Shown piece by piece: positions 1-16,815 of a DNA stretch of 64,000 bases. Origin of the DNA: the human T2T-CHM13v2.0 reference genome, Homo sapiens. The translations under genes and the position numbers were made by a program. Each line of letters starts with the position of its first letter. Position 1 is the first letter of the stretch. Under the pieces are notes generated by a model that ran no database searches, was not told where the DNA came from, and was given only the letters and a program-made list of their open reading frames with translations. The stretch lies in the NCBI RefSeq assembly GCF_009914755.1, contig NC_060930.1. One strand, 5' to 3'.

Positions 1-509
1 TTTCTTGTCGGTAAAAGATATTATTTCTCTTTCACTTATGAAGCTTAGTTTGGGCTGGATATGAAATTGTGGGTTGAAAATTCTTTTCTGTAAGAATGTT
101 GAATACTGGCCCCCACTCTCTTCTGGCTTGTAGGGTTTCTGCCAAGAGATCCACTGTTAACCTGATGGATTAACCTGACCTTTCTCTCTGGCTGCCCTTA
201 ACATTTTTTCCTTCATTTCAACCTTGGTGAATCTGACAATTATGTGTCTTGGGGTTGCTCTTCTCAAGGAGTATCTTTGTGGTGTTCTCTGTATTTCCTG
301 AATTTGCACGTTGGCCTGCCTTGCTAGGTTGGGGAAGTTCTCCTGGATAATATCCTGAAGATTGTTTTCTAACTTGGTTCCATTCTCCCCATCACTTTCA
401 GGTACACCCATCAAACGTAGATTTGGTCTTTTCACATCGTTGCATATTTCTTGGAGGCTTTGTTCATTTCTTTTTACTCTTTTTTCTCTAATCTTGTCTT
501 CTCACTTTA
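1..509 (-). mobile_element. L1PA-type LINE-1 fragment (ORF1 region), runs off window start
   Basis: Minus ORF 157..435 reads MKRPNLRLMGVPESDGENGTKLENNLQDIIQENFPNLARQANVQIQEIQRTPQRY..., which is primate L1 ORF1p. Confidence 0.95.
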
Positions 510-1631
510 GACATAAACCAAATCTTCAGCCACCATTTTAAGCTGCACCTAAAGCCAGCAGACTTACTTTTCAAGCACAGAAGCCAATAAATAGCTTTAT
601 TCTCAAAATCAGTTTCTGCCATTTTCAACCAAAGGCTTTAAAACTAACACAATAAAATAGACATGCTGTATATATCTGATATATCTCATTAATAGTAAGG
701 AAGCAGGCAAATAATCATGTACTGAGTTTTTGTGAGAATATAAATGTAGTACAGTGTAGCCATTCATTTCTTCATTCAATACACACTTACTAAGCATCTA
801 CAATGCCACTGGGTGACAGTTTTTCATGCAGAAAAATATATGTGAACTACCATTAATATTTTTATTAATGTAAAATAAATGTGCCATTAGTGTTTTAAGA
901 TTTTTAGAGCTTTCTATGAATGATAATTTATTCATTCATTCTCTCAATTCAACAAAAATATTTTCAGCACTTACCATGTGCTAGTCTGATATTTCTCAGA
1001 GATGCTTCCCCTTGTGATTAACAGAACTCATTTGTAGAAAAGCATGTTAATGACTATGAAAATGAACGCACATTACCAGTCCAAATTACAAAACCAGAAC
1101 TTTGTACCACTTGCCCAATCTTGTTTACTATATTAATAGAACCATGAAAAGAAAAATAAACATTAAGTTTTTATATATTTATCAAATTAGATTTAGTTTT
1201 GATTTTGTTAAGTGGTAAGAAAAATAGCAGATTCTTTTAACATCATTATATTCCTTTGATATACAAATATATCCTGTAAAAGTTGAAGTATATTTAAGCC
1301 TGACTTCATAAGATCAAGTATATTGCTCAACAGAGCATTTGTCCTCACAGCACAAAAGAACTATGCAATACTGACTGAGCTTCAGAAAATGAATCTCACC
1401 CATGTTTACTTTATATAGTTTGATATATAATCCATCTTATTTGTACCACAACATTTTGAAGCTACATTTAGAACTGAAATTTCTAAAGATGAGATTCTTC
1501 GGTGAGTTTATAACTTTAGTTAACTCTTCAAATTATAATAGATACCTACAAATTGTCGTTTTGTTACACTAGTTTGATCAGTCATTAAGTTCACAAGCAG
1601 CATTAGAAATGTTCTTTAAAATAGGCTGCCT

Positions 1632-1913
<282 letters not shown>

Positions 1914-2139
1914 AAACAGGCTGCCTGATTCTTCGATTTGTACATTCCACTGCCATAAATGGATATTTCTATTTGAAAATCCTACTGTCAGCTCAAAAGC
2001 AGCATGCCCAGTGCTTAATCTTTCTCTGTTCCATTCCCAGCCATTCTCACCTTGCACCCCAGGCCATTCGTATCATGAATTTGATGCACATCACTGTATC
2101 AGTCGTGCCATACATCTATGTACCCATATATAATATATA

Positions 2140-6020
<3,881 letters not shown>

Positions 6021-8014
6021 ATCTGTTGCTTTTGTATGATTACCAACTGTTCTCACTGAAGAAATGGTGTTTCCTATTTTTCTGTTTGAGGGAAAATATG
6101 GACTATGTATATATTTGTTTTAAAATTGCTGCCTTCTTTTTCTCTCTGTGGTTGAAATTCTTCCATATCTTGAATATGCTCACTTCCATAGAGGTATGTT
6201 TGCTCAATTGATTTGTCATTTTTGGAAGAACTATGTTGTGTAAAAAAAATGTTGTGCATGTTGTGCTCTGATTTGTGGCTTTGTGTTTTCCTTGGACCGT
6301 ATCTCTGTGTTACATAGGTCAGACCAAGTCTTTCATTAGAGCTTTTTGAGATGGCTCTTCTTCGTTGAGAGGGATGGGGGTGGTATCGCATCAGAGAGAG
6401 GCAAGGGGACACCCCTTAGGGACTCCTTTCCCAGGAGGCCACATCTGAGATCTCACTACTTCCTGTATACTCTTATTTCCTTCCAAACTATGTGGCTCCT
6501 TGAAAATTGAAAGCCCTTTATTCACGTTAGGTCCTTGGGGAATTCCCAGGTAACACTCAGGGCTGGGACCTGGGGTGATGGGAATGGGAGGAGTTAGATC
6601 AGCCCCTCCACAGGACTGAGGCAGGGAGGCAGGTCAAGGCCATTCAGAGACTCTCTGCTCACAGCAGCACCTAGGAGGTCCCCACATTCTAGATAAAGTG
6701 ATGCTGTTGAGATGAGAGGCAATTGGATTTATATGAAATCTTCCTGTGACCTTTGCCTGTGACATTTGCCTGAGACCTTTGGTCTGAGGGGAGTTTGCTT
6801 AAAGCTCTGCTCCTGGAGATAATGTTCTCTTTTGTGAGTGATAGCTTCCAGGTGGCTGAGATCTGCTGCTAGCTTTAGCACAAAGCTTCCTGGCCTTTGG
6901 CAAGACCAAAAGCGGGCATTACACTACCTTCCAAGGAATAATCTTTCCTGAACACTTGGCACACAAGGATGGAGGAAAATGAGGTGAGAGAAGAAGCCAA
7001 AGGATTAGAACAATTCCGTAGTGAAAGGATGCTAACAGTAGGGGCAGAAACCTCACCATAGTTCTTTGTGCCAATCTATAAACAAATACTTGTGTCTCAA
7101 TTACTCAGTTGTACAATGGCATGCTATACTTATTCAGTGCTTACCATACTGTACCATACTATGGTTATCAAAAAAACTTCTAAGTTTTTCAGAGGGCACC
7201 AAGTAGTAATTTTTCTGCCTAAGGCCAATCTCTCATTTTATCTGCATCCTAGTCATTTTGTGACAGCAGCTTCCTAGAAAGAGATGCTGATGATTCATAA
7301 CCAGGTACTACTGATATGCTCATTAGAAGACTTGCTAACTACTTTAAATTTGATAGAAAATTAACCGCAAGTCTAACTCAATAACTCCTATATAAATCTT
7401 AATTTACTACATTTTTTCAGTGTTGAATAAAAGAATGAAAACCTGTAATCTTCAGAGAATAAAAGCACAGCAAATTAAGAAAAGACTGTAAAACGTTTTG
7501 GGGGGAAGGACAAGGGGTAACTATTATAGGATGAAATATATTTGACATTATCTTCTGGAAATGACCACTTAAAACCTAATTCATTCTCAGGGTTACTGAA
7601 AATCATAAGTTATTTTCATGTTCTCAAACTATTCAAGATATAGAATGGTGCTCGATGGTGAAAGCCATTGTGACCATAAAAATAGTCATATAACATAGTA
7701 GGCATCACTACAGCCAATTGCCACTTATCCTTTTTCCTTGATGCCATTAACCCAACTGGTTGCTGATGGTTTGGAACACACTGCCATTTAATACTCCACT
7801 TAGACTGTACACATAGTGTTAGTTCCAGGAGACAACTGGGAGGCCTATAAAGGAAAGGGAAAGAGGAGCTGGATTGTAAGATTAAATATTTCTGAGATTG
7901 TTTCTGGTTTGTTTTTAAAGCATGGCCAGCACAGTTTCACATTTAAGACCCACTGATACTAAACACTTACGAAAGAGGGGAAAAAAACAACTTTCAGTCC
8001 TAGCTGCAAGGTAG

Positions 8015-8335
<321 letters not shown>

Positions 8336-8937
8336 ACATTTTTTTTTAATATGAAAGGAAAGACACCAACACATTGTACATTACTGCACAATGTACACAT
8401 AGCCTTTATGCACGATGTCTCTGAGATTTGTGTACTTTTTCTTTTGGAATGTCCTGAGTTCTGGAAAGCTGGAATGGTGTTCATTCCTAGTCCCACTTGG
8501 GTTTTTGCCCATTTGATTGTCCTCTGGTGAATGTTATCCATGGCAGACAATGACTTTTTACAAGCCACTTTGAGATTGCTCAAGTGCTTGTGTGTCCATG
8601 CTACCCCATGCTATGGAATGGACTCTGCCCCCACACCAAGACAGTGTCCAGTTGGTGCATCTCCATCTGGATTCTTTTCTGTCACTGTGTAACTGATGGA
8701 TTTTTTCCCTCTCATTTTCCACCGCAATCACAAACAGTAAGTAGGTGCCCAGAGAAGAGGGAGATTAGATCTAGCGTTGACCACGGAAGGAAGCACGTTG
8801 ATTACCGCCGATGCTTCTTCTCTGGGGTGGATCTTTCTGCCCTTAAAAACTCAGCCTCGAGCTCAGCCTGATTGGGAATTCTAATATCTGCAGATGCTAC
8901 TATCTTTTCCTTGTAAAATGACAAGGAGATCCTCTAG

Positions 8938-9126
8938 ATCTGCATTGGCAAATGCAGTAGCCACTGGTTTAAATTTAAATTAAATTAAATTAAAAATTCA
9001 GTTCCTCAGTCAAGTAGCCACATTTCAAGAGCTCAATAGCCACATGTAGCTAGTGGATACTGTGTAACACAGCACAGATATAGAACATTTTTATCATTGC
9101 AGAAAGTGCTATTGGATAGAACTGTT
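8938..9126. mobile_element. MER3-like hAT-Charlie MITE
   Basis: AAATTCAGTTCCTCAGTC..TAGCCACATTTCAAG..CTCAATAGCCACATG..GCACAGATATAGAACATTT..GCAGAAAG..ATTGGA. Confidence 0.85.
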
Positions 9127-9864
9127 CTGCAACATACATAGAATATTTCCATTTCAGCAGCAAAATTTGGCGCTGAGAAGATACTTGATATCTTTTGATA
9201 AGGTGACTATCTTAGAAGGTCCTTTGGGATATGACAAAGTGATACCCTGAAGGAACAAGATTGGAGAACAAAGGATAGTTGTTCTTCCGTCAGCTAAGGA
9301 TTTTGCTTTGATTACCTGTGTAAGTTAGCTGTGGTCTGAATCTGATTGGCTTGGAACATACAGGTGTTTTTTAGAGGCTGTGTAGAGAGAAGGCAAGGAA
9401 GGGAAAAGAGATCTGGCAATTAGCGGCTAGGGGAGAGAGCCAGGATGTCTAATGAAGGGATAAAGCAGTATGCTTTGTCAAGTGCAATGCAATCCCTCCT
9501 CTATCTCCCCCGAAAAACCTTGTGTAAAATATTCTTTACTCACTAATTAGTTGAAAATTTAAAATGTTGTTTTTGCTGAGTCTGCTCTCAAAAGGAGTAT
9601 TGGGAATGTACAATGTGTCCAATTACATTGGGTTTAAACATTTTACTCCCTTGCTACTTAGTATCTTCTTTCTCCAAGGCAATCTGTGCATGTCTTTTCC
9701 TTAGGACATTAAAGACTTTTGATTGGCAGAATCAGCTCAATGATCAGTCCCTTCCCAGGTGTGCCAGTGTTTGACATTTCCCTGGAGTCTTCCAGTTTGC
9801 AACTAATTTGATGGATTATAGCTGACTGCTTTGAAGCAAGGAAAAATGAATTTGTTTTTTCTCC

Positions 9865-10385
9865 TTATTTAACAAATATGTATTGCACGCTTGATATGTA
9901 ACAGACAGTGTTTTAGAAGTTGGTTATATAGCAGTGAACAAAATCATATTCCTGCCCTCAAATAGCTTAAATCTCTTCTCCTTTTGTGCCCTATCATCTA
10001 CCCAAAAACAGCTAGTTACAGATACGACAATTACTAGATACACTGCTTTACCTGTTACACTTGAGCATGCTAAACATTATTTAATTTAAAGATTACCATT
10101 CATTTGTAAGGTAAGGTAAAAAGATTCATCTGGATCACACAGTTATTAAGAGATAGGGGTAGGGTTCCAACACAAACTTTCCCCTTTCTCTCTTCCCTTT
10201 TCCTCCTCTTGAGACATTATATGCATAGGTGAACCAAAGATGGGACGTGGGAGAAAAATCAGATGTGTCCTTTGCTTTTATATTTCCCATAGTGCCTAGC
10301 ATGATATCCCAGAACCTAGCAAAATTGTCTGACATGTAGGAGGCATTCAATAAATATTTGTTGGCTGGTTAAATAAATAGCTACA
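9865..10385. mobile_element. Two L2 3'-end remnants in opposite orientations (~9865-9970, ~10260-10385)
   Basis: TATTTAACAAATATGTATTG..GCAGTGAACAAAA and GTAGGAGGCATTCAATAAATATTTGTTG L2 tail motifs. Confidence 0.6.
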
Positions 10386-10619
10386 TAAATGGATGGGAAA
10401 ATGGCATCGTGTGCAGTGTAGGCATTTAATCCATATTTGTTGTTAAAGGCTACTCCAGAAGTAGGATAAAATTAAATTCTCCTGAATTAGATTTGGCTTA
10501 CTAACCACCTTCATTTAGGTTTCAATTATGCAAATCAGTTTTTTGCAACAACTTAGGAGTTGGTATTTTTTTCATAAAATATAATTATTAGATGCATATT
10601 AATAGTGTAAAATAATAAT

Positions 10620-11140
10620 TCTTAATGTTGGAAGGATATAATAAAGTGGGTATGCTCAAACTTCTGAGGGGAGAATAAATAAGTACAACCTTTCTGAAAA
10701 CCAATTTGAAAATATTTTTCAATAATTAAAAAATTGTCACACCATATGACCTAATAATTCTACTTCTAGTGATCCATTTAAAAGAAATATCCAAGAATGC
10801 AAATGAAGACCTATCTAAGGTCTATCTACTTAATGTGAGGAAAAAAAGCCAAAAAATTCAAGCATCAATATTAAGGACTAAATAAATTATAATATTTATA
10901 GTATTGAAAAATGTACAGCCATTCGAATTATCTTTAATAACCTGTTTAGAATATAATGTTAAGTTTTAGAGAAGCAGAATTTAAAACTATAGTATAATCC
11001 AAAGTATTCAAATAATGCACACATACATACACATATACACACACACACAAATGTTGGCTGAGATTATCTCGACTGAATTGTAAGATTATGAGTTATCTTG
11101 GTTTTCTTCTTTTTGCATTTTTTTTTGTTTTTAAACAATA
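10620..11140 (+). mobile_element. Degraded L1ME-type 3' fragment
   Basis: GTACAACCTTTCTGAAAA.CAATTTG, ACCATATGACCTAATAATTCTACTTCTAG L1 3' motifs. Confidence 0.6.
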
Positions 11141-13612
11141 AAGAACATAATACTGTGGTAATCTCTAAGAGTGTTAATGTACAAAAATACACAGGCATAA
11201 TAAAGAAATACAAACTCAGTTTTAGACAATGAAATGTTATATCAACTTTTAAAATATTGTTTAGATTAACAGTTTGATATTTTAAAAAGGTGTCATTTAA
11301 AATACTTAGTTGAAATAATATTTTTGGTTTGTTTAATTATTGGGTATGTGGGAATGGTGGTGGTGAATATTTTTCACTAAGAAGAAAGTCAAGTGGTAAT
11401 TAACTGTTTTTTAGGATGTATTTGAGCCTCATTTACTGAACTACCAAAAACATTTACAGAATAAAAGAAAATGTAAAAGAAACAGCTAAGTAAGAAATAA
11501 TAAATGGAAAAGTTGTAATTTTATTGTCCTCTATTACAAATGTGAAATATTCCCACATTTTTTCATATTTTATGAGAACTGTTTATACAGTTGAAAGTTT
11601 CTATAGAAGAATTACATTGTCTTCATATGAACCATATTGTATTTTCTTCCTTTTTTGACAATTTTTACCAAAGCTATATCTATGGATGCTTTGTTATGCA
11701 TTTACTTACCTAGCAATTCATGTTTCTAAAGTGTATAAAGCAACAACATTGAGAAGTGCTTTTGTTCTTCTGTTAGATATTTGTCATAAACAAACTTCCC
11801 TATCTCGTAATATACATATTTGCAATTTTATAGGATAATCTCTACAGCTTTAGTGATACTAAAGAGCTTTAGAATTTATCAGTTCAGCTATTAAGGTAAA
11901 TTGGTTGAACAAAACCCATAAAATTTTAGATGGGAATCTGATCTTTATATTGCAAACGTGAAAATAGTTCTCATATATATTTGGGATTATTATCAGCAAA
12001 AGAAAATATACTGTTCATTCATTTGGGACATAATTTTTTTAAGTAAAACATTATTAAAGGAGTATATAAATGGATTTAAATATAAAATAACACCATGGTA
12101 TCATAACTTTAAAGCATATTTGTGAAGAAGTTATGCATAACATAAAAGTATTATCCTTCTTGAAAATATGAAAATATTAATCCTAAAAATATGCATCAAA
12201 ATACTGGGTAGCATTCTACCAACTTATGCTTTTATATGAGACACTGGAAAAGTTAGTTAAATAAACGTTACTCTTGGCCTTTGAGAAGGTTTTATTTATC
12301 ATTTAAAGCAATAAAAACTAAAGTGAATATTTAGTTGATATGTTTGATATACAATATTTTTTGCTAAAATATGCATTCTAATTGAATTTTTAATTTTTTT
12401 GTGTCAGGAGATGTCATCAAATAGACAATGGTAATCATTTTAATGAGTAAAAGAGGAAAACCACAGATTACTCCTACGATCAGAAGAAATAAAATGAAGG
12501 AGTAACACAATAGTAATTACCTGAGCAGATGGATTTCTAATCCTTGAGATAAACATGCTAATTAAGCTACACTACAGAATGACAAGATATTAAGGTCTTC
12601 TGAGTCTGGAGAGATTGTTATTCTAATTTACCAGTAGAACTTAATTCTCATTATATTAAAAAGTGCTTAATCAACCAAATCTTTTTTAATTAACAAATAT
12701 ATTTAGGCAGTTTTAGTATTTCTGTAAATTTCTTCCAAGGGTGTGAGTTTTACAGGGGCACACTTCCTCATCAGTATATTCATGGTTTTTTTTTTTACTG
12801 TCTGTACTTTGCACAGAGCAGAATTGAGTTTTCTTGTCTCTCTAGCAAGGCACTTTTTCCTGTGTGCTGTCAATGGGGGTTTTAATTGCAGAATCAAAGC
12901 TCATATTGCGGGCACTTTCATAGCTACCCTATGCTGCCTTCCTTAAAAGATAAAAAATCTTTGTTAGTAATTGGAACTCATAGCCCCTTGACTGATCAGG
13001 TGAGCTCCAGGTTTTGTTACTTCCATGGCCAAACATTTTAGAAGAAATTAACTGGAAGAATGGGAATAATGGATGGGATACAAAAGTTTGTGTGATAAGT
13101 AATGTGAGAAAGAAGCAAAGGAGCCAGTGCCATATTTTCATGCTTACATGTACATGGTAAGTTTACGTTTTCTAAACTAGTAACTGATCAATACATTGCA
13201 GTTTTTGGATGGACACATAAAATACATAAAATCAGCATGACATTTCTTATTGGGAGAATGAATGCCTTTGTGGAAGAAATGCATTTTTAGGGCAAAAAGA
13301 CTCAGGAAAAAAATCTAGGCAATGGCTTAGTTTAGTTTCTCATTTGGGTGGGTGCGTGTTTGAGGGAGTGTTACTTTCCTGTCCCTTTTCTTATGCTTAT
13401 ATTTTAGTTGTAACCATAATAGGCACTTATTTTATATCAGGAGATACTTTAACTTATTAAAATGTGGTAAATATTTAATACAGTTATAAATACTTATCTC
13501 AGTTTACATCCAATTCAACAAGCATTTATTGCATAATAACGATATTTTTAAAAACATAGGACTGGTTATACAGAGCTATACCAACTTAACAAAATATGAT
13601 CCCAATCGCTTA

Positions 13613-13771
13613 GACCCTTGCTACTCAAAGTATGGTCCAAGCACTGGCATTTCTTGGGAATTGTTAGAAATACAGAATCTTAGGCCCCAATTCCTGCCAT
13701 GTGAACCAAGATCTGCATTGTAACAATATCCTCAGATAAATCAAATACACATTAAATTTTGAAAAGCACTG
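13613..13771. mobile_element. MER5A-like hAT-Charlie MITE
   Basis: GCTACTCAAAGTATGGTCC..TTGTTAGAAATACAGAATCT..CTGCATT.TAACAA..TTTGAAAAGCACTG. Confidence 0.8.
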
Positions 13772-14036
13772 TGTTAGAAGACCACAGCCTAAAAAAGGGA
13801 AGTAATTTCATAAGAAATACTCTAACAGAGAACAAATACCAGAGCTCAATCAAAGAACATAATTCTGGCTTCAGGGATTCACAGTAGTTTTGAATCTGCC
13901 CCTTACTACATTATACTTTCCACAAGATACATCAGCAGCTTCTAAAGCATGCCTCTGGTCAAATACATTTGAGAAACAGTGCATAATGTACACTATAGCT
14001 TAGAGATGGCTTGTTCATAATAGTAAGTTAAAGATT

Positions 14037-14200
14037 TTAGCCAGGCATGATGGCAGGTGCCTGTTGTCCCCGTTACTCAAGAGGCTGAGGCAGGAAGATT
14101 GCATGAGCCCGGGAGTTGGAGGCTGCAGTGAGCTTTGATTATACTACTGCACTCCAACCTGGGTGAAAAAGTGAGATCCTGTCTCAAAACAAGTAAGTAA
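14037..14200 (+). mobile_element. Alu right monomer (FRAM/FAM-like) within a degraded hAT-type element (~13940-14346)
   Basis: Single Alu arm with A-rich tail; flank ends in GGAACACGCTTTGAGAGACACTG. Confidence 0.8.
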
Positions 14201-14539
14201 ACATTTGGAGAAATCCTGAAATAAATAAATCTGTTTTACTTAAACCCAGGATTTCACAAATAAACATGAAACTGTTTTTTCCTTTGCACAGCAATATTAC
14301 ATCGTTGAGAACCAGCCTTTTATGGAACACGCTTTGAGAGACACTGCATGTTATGAGTTTGCAACGTTTTGCTTATGAAGTTTTTTACTAGAGTTGTTCT
14401 GCACTCCATTAGCTTTTTGCCTTTTTATGGTGAATATATTTAACCTTGAATATAAGTTTGAGCAAATAATAAAATTTAGCTCTGACACAATGTATGTAAT
14501 ATTATAGAAATTCTGAGGCAAATTAATTCAACTGTTCTG

Positions 14540-14634
14540 TTAAAAATTATCCAGATCTGGATAGATAAAGTTGTCTTTGAACAAATAGTATGCTAAAGTC
14601 TGGCCTCCACATATCATTGAAATTAAGCCGGATC
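14540..14634 (-). CDS. TMEM244: Candidate TMEM244 coding exon 6 (alternative terminal exon; TM4 plus C-tail, (G)SGLISMICGGQTLAYYLFKDNFIYPDLDNF*)
   Basis: Acceptor cttccctttcatttacttgcag|GATCC; 95 nt open to TAA; phase 1 matches the exon-5 internal donor TTTAG|gtatat at 20105; completes a SYS1-like WW-x9-M-x3-G-[EQ]-x-L pattern. Expression cannot be shown from sequence. Confidence 0.8.
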
Positions 14635-15445
14635 CTGCAAGTAAATGAAAGGGAAGTTTTGGTTAACTATCAATAATGAATAATTCATTAGTGAGATTAT
14701 GAATAAGAACAATTGTCATGACTAAAATAATGTTTCTGAAACTGACATAGCATTTGAAATAGAATAGTTATAGATTCAGCTAAGACAGGGTAGGTATATA
14801 GTCTGAGGATGGTAAATTGTTGCAATTTAAAACTTCCTTCAGGGAATAGGTGCATGGTTCTGTCAAATGATAGTAAGGAGTTCTTAAAACTCAGAAATCA
14901 AAGGCAATGGAGTCAAAGCACATGCCAAGGAATTCACGATTCTCAATTCTTTTAGCTCTTCAATCTGCCTTTTGTTTGTGTTGTGGTTGTTTAGAATACA
15001 TTTTTTTCTAAAGTGCTTTCCCTCTAATTATAAAAGGAAAGCGTGTCCACTAACCTGGGAAATATTTCAAGTATAGAAAATATATTTTAAAAAACAGAAT
15101 CTCACCTCCCTGAGATTCTAAACTATTTGGTTTTATGAAAATGTCTTTAGTTCTGATTTCATTGGCCCAGTGATTCTTGTTTGTTTTAAAATATTGATCT
15201 GGCCTTACACAATTTTCATAAATCTGCTGTTCTTTGTGTGACAGTAACAGTATAACTCCCATAAAGGTAAAGTTTCCTGAGTTAAGAACTCTGACAGGAC
15301 TGCACAACTTCCTCACACAAAGACACATGTCCAGAGTGAGACCATGAGATAGAATTTCCCAAATGTGTAGCCACTGTTCTCTTACATTTAAATTTTTCAC
15401 TCAAAGGAAAAAAAAAAAAAGCCTAACTCAAATGTCACACTGCAA

Positions 15446-15746
15446 CTTTTTTTTTTTTTTTTTTTGAGATGGAGTCTTGCTCTGTTGCCCAGGCTGGAGT
15501 GCAGTGGCATGATCTTGGCTCACTGCAACCTCCGCCTCCTGGGTTTAAGTGATTCTCCTGCCTCAGCCCCCTGAGTAGCTAGGATTACAGGTGCATGCCA
15601 CCATGCCTGACTAATTTTTGTATTTTTAGTAGAGACGGATTTTGCCATGTTGGCCAGGCTGGTCTCGAACTCCTGACCTCAAGTGATCCACCTGCCTAGG
15701 CCTCCTGAAGTGCTGGGATTACAGGTGAGAGCCACCACGCCTGGCC
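15446..15746 (-). mobile_element. AluS (Sx/Sz-like)
   Basis: Full antisense Alu, poly(T) head, TSD ACA(CT)GCAACT. Confidence 0.95.
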
Positions 15747-16519
15747 ACAGCAACTGTCTTCTGAGTAATCCAACCAAAATTATTGAAGAAAAATAGTAAT
15801 CCAACTCTTTTAGCAAATTGAATTGGCCATTCCATTATACCTAACTTGACTCTTCTTGGCATCAAGGTGGCATATGCCATGTGACTGAGCTGGCTAAGGC
15901 ACGGTAAATTCTGTGATATTACAAATAAAATCCAAAAGTTGTAAGTTCTTATTTTTGGAGAGAAAACGTCATTTCACTTACGCTCATAGCATTTCTTTCA
16001 GTACCTTTTCTGATTTATTAAAAATTTACATCTGAAAGACATACAAAATAAAACCTCAGTACTTTCTACATGTGTTTTCTGTACACACTAAATAATACTG
16101 GAGGAAATTACACATCTAAGACTTAACAGACATGCAAGGTAATTGGAGAATTAAACTCTAGTGAAGGAGTCAATAAGTAACATAAATAATACTAGTACTC
16201 TAAACATATAATGTGACTAGATAGTGTGATCATTGTGGTCAGTATCTGGCTTAAGCTAAACAAAAAGCTTTAGAAAAGTTCATTTTCACTTGGTTAATTT
16301 CCTTACTGGGTACATGGTTGATGAATTCAGTTCAATTTGTAAGAAAAAAATGTAATTTCTTCTTGTACAACTACCATAAAGACAGTGATGTCATACATGA
16401 AGAAAAGTGAAGGTGTCACAAATATATCCAGTGTATTATTCTCTGTAATTTTAGAATGATAAAGCTTTTGAAGTCTTTTGGTTTAATTACCTGACCCACA
16501 TAAAAATATTTCCCCCATC

Positions 16520-16815
16520 TTTATATATAAATATATATTTATATTATATAACTATTATGTAATATGCATATATTTATCATGTTATATATAATTATATACA
16601 ACACACATATATATATAATTATTTACAACAGGCAATTGTCTACATCCTTTTGGGAACCTCCCACGGTGAAGATTGAACAGCTTTCCTTGATAGTCCACTG
16701 GAGTATCTTCTCTGTCAGGACCCCAAATATACATTACAAATTTATATAAGATACAAATATATAATATATATAATATATAATATACAAATTTGTGTAATAT
16801 ACAAATTATATCATT
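16520..16815. repeat. AT-rich/(TA)n low-complexity tracts
   Basis: Degenerate TATA runs at ~16520-16625 and ~16725-16815. Confidence 0.7.

Noticed and set aside
8400-8760. Short peptide resemblances to BMPR1A, YTH-domain, UBE2V or cyclophilin sequences
   Set aside because: Only scattered 4-6 residue matches with inconsistent spacing; no pseudogene parent can be supported
12929-13141. 70-aa minus ORF with signal-peptide-like start (MKIWHWLLCFFLTLLITQ)
   Set aside because: No homology recognised and no promoter or splice support; hydrophobic runs are expected in AT-rich DNA
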